Shown here in pieces: positions 59,249-64,000 of a stretch of DNA of 64,000 nucleotides. The notes under the pieces are model-generated. The model worked only from the letters and a program-made list of their open reading frames with translations. It searched no databases and was not told where the DNA came from. Source of the stretch: a virus; IMG/VR virus record IMGVR_UViG_3300010883_025067, positions 1 to 64,000 of that record. One strand, given 5' to 3'. A program made the translations under genes and the position numbers. Within the stretch, counting starts at the first letter, position 1. Every line of letters starts with the position of its first letter.

Positions 59249-59435
59249 GTAACTCATGCAATTTGCTAACAGTAACTGATGCAGTATTGGAAAATATACC
59301 AGGGTGAATAGCATGCAAGCAGCATGCGATTCCTGCAGCTACTAGACGAATAGATACATGTTGTGCGAAAATAAAGTGTTGGCGGTAATTCATGTCAACA
59401 TCTTCAAGATGATCTCTAGCTGTTTTCAATACCAT
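59238..59435 (-). CDS. Small conserved protein (DUF6356-like)
   Basis: HL..V.M.Y.QH..FA...HAI.P.IF..TAS. Confidence 0.65.
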   Translation of the reverse strand: MVLKTARDHLEDVDMNYRQHFIFAQHVSIRLVAAGIACCLHAIHPGIFSNTASVTVSKLHELLTH

Positions 59436-59479
59436 ACATTTATCCTACTTTGAAATAGTTATTTCGTAAGGCTTCGAAT

Positions 59480-60133
59480 ATGAAAATGAGAGAAAAATTG
59501 TTGTCACAGGTGAGACGCTTACTAAGTGAGATTGCAACACAGGCATTTCCCAGTGCGCTACCTGTTGACATCAAGGACATAACAAAAGTCATCCAGCAGC
59601 TCCGACAGGAGCAGATGTCCAAGGAATCGGAGATTAGTGCAGCACAGAAAGAACCTGATCCTAATGTCCGCTCAACCAGGGTGGCACAACTACAAGGAGA
59701 GCTAGGTGATATCATAGCTCAAAAGAGCCAGCTTGTTCAGATGCAGAAAAAATCCACTACGTCAGAGGCAATCAGTCAGATAAGTTCTAATCTTAAGATT
59801 TCAAGAGTAGACCTTATGGAGCTTGTTAGAGAGCAACTTGATGATGATCAAGCTAAGCCCGTCGCCCGTCAGCAACACAGGAATAGATCTAGAGAAAGAA
59901 TGAAAATTACCAAGGCCCATCTCAGACAGATAATTAATGAGGAGATCAATCGTGTCCTTGATGATGATATTGATGAAGATACACAGGGCCTCAGGGCAAA
60001 GCTTGGCGGAGATGATCCTCTGTCTGTGGCTGGAGGAGATACTGAAGATGATCCGCTTGTCGATGAAGAAGCACTTACACTACCCACTGGAGACCGCGGA
60101 GGTTGGGAATACATGACCGGCGGTGAACACTAG
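59480..60133 (+). CDS. Hypothetical protein with three copies of the recurrent helical motif
   Basis: VRRLLSE; LKISRVDLMELVREQL; MKITKAHLRQIINEEI. Confidence 0.7.
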   Translation: MKMREKLLSQVRRLLSEIATQAFPSALPVDIKDITKVIQQLRQEQMSKESEISAAQKEPDPNVRSTRVAQLQGELGDIIAQKSQLVQMQKKSTTSEAISQISSNLKISRVDLMELVREQLDDDQAKPVARQQHRNRSRERMKITKAHLRQIINEEINRVLDDDIDEDTQGLRAKLGGDDPLSVAGGDTEDDPLVDEEALTLPTGDRGGWEYMTGGEH

Positions 60134-60136
60134 GTC

Positions 60137-60206
60137 TCATCTAGCACCCAGCTTTCATCTAGCACCCAGCTTTCATCTAGCACCCAGCTTTCATCTAGCA
60201 CCCAGC
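60137..60206. repeat. 3.9 x 18-bp intergenic tandem repeat
   Basis: TCATCTAGCACCCAGCTT units, identical. Confidence 0.95.
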
Positions 60207-60261
60207 ACTTATCACTCGATGACTCAGACGCTTCTAGTCAGAAGAGAATAGTTATTAGTAG

Positions 60262-60735
60262 ATGAATATCAAACCGCTAATAGATCTGCTGCTAAGTGAT
60301 GGAGCTTCTGATGAGGATTCACACAAGAATACTTCTGATCAGAATCAAGCGATAGAGAATATAAAGGAATCTTTGAGACACCGCAATGATGAGATGGATA
60401 GGAAGCTCGCTAAGATTGCACAGAATCAGGAAAGAATATACAGCTCACTTAACACTCGCGTCAAAAGTCTAGAGGACAATTTTTCAAAGCTGAGGGTATT
60501 TGTTGAGCAGAATACAGATGATTTACAGCATGAGTCATTAAGCACTATTGAAATTTTAGAAAGGCTGGACTTGTTAGAATACAGCGGCCGTCGTTTTAAA
60601 ATTCCTAAATGGGCTAGGGTTTCGTTTGAGAAAGTTTGTCATAGACTTCCTGAAATATACATGTTCTGCATAGGGTGCACACTTTCAGGGGCCGTTGCCG
60701 CTGCCATTTTCTGGATAGTCAGTAACACAAATTAG
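60262..60735 (+). CDS. Coiled-coil protein with C-terminal TM
   Basis: Heptad pattern; hydrophobic C-terminus. Confidence 0.65.
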   Translation: MNIKPLIDLLLSDGASDEDSHKNTSDQNQAIENIKESLRHRNDEMDRKLAKIAQNQERIYSSLNTRVKSLEDNFSKLRVFVEQNTDDLQHESLSTIEILERLDLLEYSGRRFKIPKWARVSFEKVCHRLPEIYMFCIGCTLSGAVAAAIFWIVSNTN

Positions 60736-60737
60736 TC

Positions 60738-60766
60738 GTGCAAATGTATGTCATCTTGTGTATAAT
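60738..60766 (+). promoter_or_regulatory. Promoter GTGCAA-N17-TATAAT
   Basis: Member of recurrent motif. Confidence 0.7.
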
Positions 60767-60783
60767 GAAGATAGGAGGCAGCA

Positions 60784-61050
60784 TTGGCAGCAAGAATTCC
60801 TAAGAAGCTCAAGAAGCAGGCAAAACAAGGCATGCGACAAGCTGTCGATATTGGAAAAGCAAAGAAGCTCAAGAGAACCTGGTCGTTTTGTCTCGGTGAT
60901 CTTGTTCAGTACAGAGATCTTTGGGGGCTAATCATTGCACAGCCTACTCCTGATAGCTACACTGTTCTGACTACATCGGGCACATATCAGGTAAGGGCAG
61001 CTTCTTTGAGCAGGATTCAGCAGCTAGCACGTGCAAACACAGGTACTTAG
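60784..61050 (+). CDS. Small SH3/KOW-like protein
   Basis: AGGAGG RBS; LGDLVQY..WGLII. Confidence 0.6.
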   Translation: MAARIPKKLKKQAKQGMRQAVDIGKAKKLKRTWSFCLGDLVQYRDLWGLIIAQPTPDSYTVLTTSGTYQVRAASLSRIQQLARANTGT

Positions 61051-61059
61051 AGTTATAAT
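61031..61059 (+). promoter_or_regulatory. Promoter GTGCAA-N17-TATAAT upstream of AAA gene
   Basis: Member of recurrent motif. Confidence 0.7.
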
Positions 61060-61091
61060 AAACTGTAAACATACAGCACAGGAAACAAATC

Positions 61092-62162
61092 GTGGACATC
61101 AATACTTTTACAGCAGTCGTACCGAAGTTGCCAGCAGGTCAGGCAATTCTTCTCCGTGGGCCTCACGGTATCGGCAAGTCTCAACTCTTTCGTCAAATTT
61201 CTGAAAGTGTTGTTCTTGAGGATGGTTCCGTTGGAATTCCGCTTATCGACCGTCGGCTTGCTCAAATGACTGAGGGAGATATTATTGGACTGCCTGAACT
61301 TGTGGATGGTGTGACTCGATTTGCTCCTGTTGAATGGTTGTTGAGAGCTTGTCGTGAGCCGGTTGCGTTGATGCTTGATGAGATCAATCGAGCAACACCT
61401 GAGGTGATGCAGTGTGCATTCCAGCTTGTCCTGGACCGAGAATTGAATGGACATGTTTTGCACCCTGAGACTAGGATCTACTGTGCTGTGAATGCTTCTT
61501 CTGACTACCAGGTCAATGAGATGGATCCCGCACTTCTCGATCGATTCTGGGTCGTTGACCTTGACGTCAATGAGAGGGACTGGATTGATTGGGCAAAGAG
61601 TAGTGACATTGATCCTGTTATCGTTGAGTTCATTCGAGATAATCCTTGTCACCTTCGTCACAAGGGTACAATTGAGCCGGGCAAGGTGTACCCATCTCCT
61701 CGTTCTTATGATAGGCTTGATGTATCACTTAAGTCAGCCTCCTGGAACCCGGTTGATTTGGCTGGGCGTGACATTCCTGACGGATTCTACGCTATGTCAC
61801 TGGGCTTTCTTGGAACAGAGGCAGCAATCACATTTCGTGACTATGTAAAGAATTACGACATGCAGATCTCTGCAGAGGATATCTTGGAACGATGGGATGA
61901 GAACACTGAGATGGTGTTGAAGATGGGTGTTGATAGACACAATGGCCTGATTGAAAAGCTTGTTGACAATAGCCGTGATAATGAGTGGAGTGTTTCACAG
62001 ACCAAGAACGCTTGTGACTTCATTCGAGAGTTGTCTGATGAACTTCTTGTTAGCTTCTTCAACTCTATCATGGATACTAAAAACGTGCCAAACATCAGAT
62101 CGGTTCACAAGTTTATTGGAATGGCTGTTGTTGAAGCAGTAACAGCTGCTCAAAAGGCGTGA
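61092..62162 (+). CDS. MoxR-type AAA+ ATPase
   Basis: GPHGIGKS, LDEINR, DPALLDRF, SPRS. Confidence 0.9.
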   Translation: MDINTFTAVVPKLPAGQAILLRGPHGIGKSQLFRQISESVVLEDGSVGIPLIDRRLAQMTEGDIIGLPELVDGVTRFAPVEWLLRACREPVALMLDEINRATPEVMQCAFQLVLDRELNGHVLHPETRIYCAVNASSDYQVNEMDPALLDRFWVVDLDVNERDWIDWAKSSDIDPVIVEFIRDNPCHLRHKGTIEPGKVYPSPRSYDRLDVSLKSASWNPVDLAGRDIPDGFYAMSLGFLGTEAAITFRDYVKNYDMQISAEDILERWDENTEMVLKMGVDRHNGLIEKLVDNSRDNEWSVSQTKNACDFIRELSDELLVSFFNSIMDTKNVPNIRSVHKFIGMAVVEAVTAAQKA

Positions 62163-62371
62163 ATAGATACAGAGGAAGCAAGAGGTCACCTCAAAAGGGT
62201 GACCTCACAGTTATCATCCTAGAGGGAAATCGATACGATGGCAGACTTGGATTGATCATCATCCCAGGCCCAGGTGAAAAAGTAGATTTGATAGTATCTC
62301 CACCACACGGGAAAAGCCCTAGAAGCTTAGTGGTATCATCACAGCATTTGAAATACGTGCAATCAGCATAG
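62159..62371 (+). CDS. Small SH3/KOW-like protein
   Basis: KGDL...GRLGLII. Confidence 0.5.
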   Translation: MNRYRGSKRSPQKGDLTVIILEGNRYDGRLGLIIIPGPGEKVDLIVSPPHGKSPRSLVVSSQHLKYVQSA

Positions 62372-62407
62372 TAGTGTAGTAAAATATATCTATAAAGGTG
62401 GAATCAT

Positions 62408-63727
62408 ATGTCACAGGATAAGGGAACATCAGTTGATCTTCCAACTGGTCAGCTTTCTTCTAAAGAGGAGGCAGCTAGGTTTAATATTGAACCGCATCTC
62501 GTTAATCTAATGCTTCACGAACCGTTTTATAGCCACGTTCTCAGAAGGGTTGCAAAGGTTCGCAGCACAGCATTGCCAACAGCGGGTGTGACAGTTAGAG
62601 ATGGTGAGTTCACAATGCTGTGGAATCCCCGCTTTCTTGCAGCGCTTGCTTCACTTCATGTCAGAGGATTGCTCAAGCATGAGTGTCTTCATCTTGTTTT
62701 CAAGCATTGTACGGGTAGAAGGCAGGATCCTCATGTTCTTTGGAACTGGGCGACTGATCTTGCGATTAATTCACTTATTCCAGAGAAAGAGTTGCCTGAA
62801 GGTGGCCTTTGTCCGGGACAGGCACTTGATCTGAGTAAGGTTGAGGATCCGAAGCAACTTGAAAAGTGGAAGAAGGTGTCTGAGCTTATTGAATCTTTTA
62901 CTCTTGGATTGGCAGCAGAGAAGTACATGGCATTGCTTCGACAGGATCCTGATGTGAGTAAGACCATTGAGCAACAGGGTGACCCAACAGGTCAAGGTGG
63001 CGAAGGTGGTGAAGGTGGCTCTCCTGGTCCCACTGATGATCACACCGGCTGGGGAGAGCTCACTGATGAAGAAAAGCAGATCGCTGAAGGGAAGATTCGC
63101 CAGGCAGTGAGTGAGGCTGTGAAGAAATGTGATCGAACTGGTCAGTGGGGATCACTATCAGGAGAGGCTCGTGAGTCGTTGCGTGCCTTGTGCAATAACG
63201 CTGTTAACTGGAAAAAGGTGCTCCATAACTTCTGTGGTCGAAGCCAGCGCGCTAACCGCTCCAGAACATTGAAGAAGATCAATCGTAAGTATCCGTATAT
63301 TCACCCAGGAACCCGCAGGGGACACAGTGCTTCAGTGGTTGTCTATATTGATCAATCAGGATCCGTCGGTAGCGATGAGATCAACATGTTTTTCGGTGCT
63401 TTGAATCAGCTTGGACGAATCACATCGTTCAGTGTTTTCTTCTTTGATACCGATGTTGATAAGAAGAATCAGATCAAGTGGCGACGCGGACAGAAGGTGG
63501 AAGCCAGTCGGACACGATCTGGTGGAACTTGTTTCTCAGCAGTTGAGAATCACTTGAAGAAGCACGGTTCAGAATTTGATGGTCACATCATTCTAACTGA
63601 TGGTCAGGCTGGTGACCCTGGACCCTCTATTAAGCGTCGTTGCTGGGTCCTGCTGCCTGGCTGTGATCTGTACTTCAAGCCTCACCCGAATGATGTTGTT
63701 GTGAAGATGGATAGCTTGCTAAGGTAA
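62408..63727 (+). CDS. Metallopeptidase-like + vWA protein (DUF2201-like)
   Basis: HECLH, ATDLAIN, IDQSGS, GGT.F, LTDG. Confidence 0.88.
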   Translation: MSQDKGTSVDLPTGQLSSKEEAARFNIEPHLVNLMLHEPFYSHVLRRVAKVRSTALPTAGVTVRDGEFTMLWNPRFLAALASLHVRGLLKHECLHLVFKHCTGRRQDPHVLWNWATDLAINSLIPEKELPEGGLCPGQALDLSKVEDPKQLEKWKKVSELIESFTLGLAAEKYMALLRQDPDVSKTIEQQGDPTGQGGEGGEGGSPGPTDDHTGWGELTDEEKQIAEGKIRQAVSEAVKKCDRTGQWGSLSGEARESLRALCNNAVNWKKVLHNFCGRSQRANRSRTLKKINRKYPYIHPGTRRGHSASVVVYIDQSGSVGSDEINMFFGALNQLGRITSFSVFFFDTDVDKKNQIKWRRGQKVEASRTRSGGTCFSAVENHLKKHGSEFDGHIILTDGQAGDPGPSIKRRCWVLLPGCDLYFKPHPNDVVVKMDSLLR

Positions 63728-63745
63728 GAAGCTGCTGGTATCTAC

Positions 63746-63770
63746 GAGGGAGGGCTTTCCTCCCTTTTTT
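63746..63770 (+). terminator. Rho-independent terminator
   Basis: AGGGAGG-GCTTT-CCTCCCT followed by T run. Confidence 0.8.
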
Positions 63771-63806
63771 GTATTCTTTGTCATACTTAAGAGTGAGGTG
63801 GTGATA

Positions 63807-63905
63807 ATGAATCATTTAGCTGAAGCACTGGAAGAGTTGAGTGATGAGGAGATTCAAGAGTATGAGGAAGCTATCGAGCTTTGGATAACATACAGCGGAG
63901 ACTGA
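63807..63905 (+). CDS. Small acidic ORF (32 aa)
   Basis: ATACTTA at 63783; GAGGTG RBS. Confidence 0.45.
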   Translation: MNHLAEALEELSDEEIQEYEEAIELWITYSGD

Positions 63906-63914
63906 AAATCACTT

Positions 63915-64000
63915 ATGTTTATCACAGATAAGAAATTGAGAATGTTGATTAGAGAGTCTCTATTAGAGAGATATGATGAACATTGGATGTCTGGTTTGAG
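63915..64000 (+). CDS. Partial gene with recurrent leader (MFITDKKLRMLIRESLLE...)
   Basis: Open to window end; same motif family. Confidence 0.55.
   Translation, partial: MFITDKKLRMLIRESLLERYDEHWMSGL

Noticed and set aside
60137-60206. Possible mini-CRISPR array
   Set aside because: Repeats are directly adjacent with no spacers, are only 18 bp, and no cas genes are visible
7050-63043. Numerous short antisense or alternate-frame ORFs inside long genes
   Set aside because: No RBS or motifs; mirror frames of real genes
1-64000. Stop-codon reassignment
   Set aside because: Conserved genes are full length in code 11, TAG and TGA both end genes next to the following start, and no suppressor tRNA was seen
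1-64000. Cellular chromosome or eukaryotic giant virus
   Set aside because: Tail-type proteins, sigma70, SD sites, scattered host-like genes without their usual operons and many ORFans fit a large bacteriophage

Overview
This is a 64 kb slice of a large (jumbo/mega-type) tailed dsDNA bacteriophage genome. It is AT-rich, densely coding, almost entirely on the + strand, uses the standard genetic code and has clear GGAG/GAGG Shine-Dalgarno sites. It holds virion/tail-like genes, a DnaE-type Pol III alpha, chaperones (DnaJ, DnaK, GroEL, an extra J-domain protein), a large pyrimidine-metabolism set, a sigma70-like factor, GreA, TilS, a DinG-like helicase, an IMPDH/GMPR-family enzyme, 8 tRNAs, several lipoproteins and proteases, a MoxR AAA+/vWA pair and many small SH3/KOW-like ORFs. 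Four things stand out. (1) A 1433-aa four-enzyme polyprotein (HIGH nucleotidyltransferase, KxDG ligase-like, Pol-beta NTase, PD-(D/E)xK nuclease) sits in an operon with a second Pol-beta NTase and a metallophosphoesterase. Its domains are separated by the same helix + L-x-E motif seen on about a dozen other late proteins, suggesting a protease-processed, virion-packaged enzyme cargo. (2) The sigma factor looks split: its region-4.2 HTH is replaced by a tandem repeat and appears to be supplied by the next ORF, and there is a recurrent non-canonical NTGYAA-N17-TAnnnT promoter. (3) A second promoter-like motif, ATANTTA, precedes late genes. (4) There is a candidate cytosine-modification pathway: a kinase/dCMP-type thymidylate-synthase fusion, a Cys-variant ThyX, NTP pyrophosphatases, an NDT-family hydrolase and a eukaryote-like MBD4 glycosylase. 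All calls come from motif recognition by eye; no searches or computations were run.
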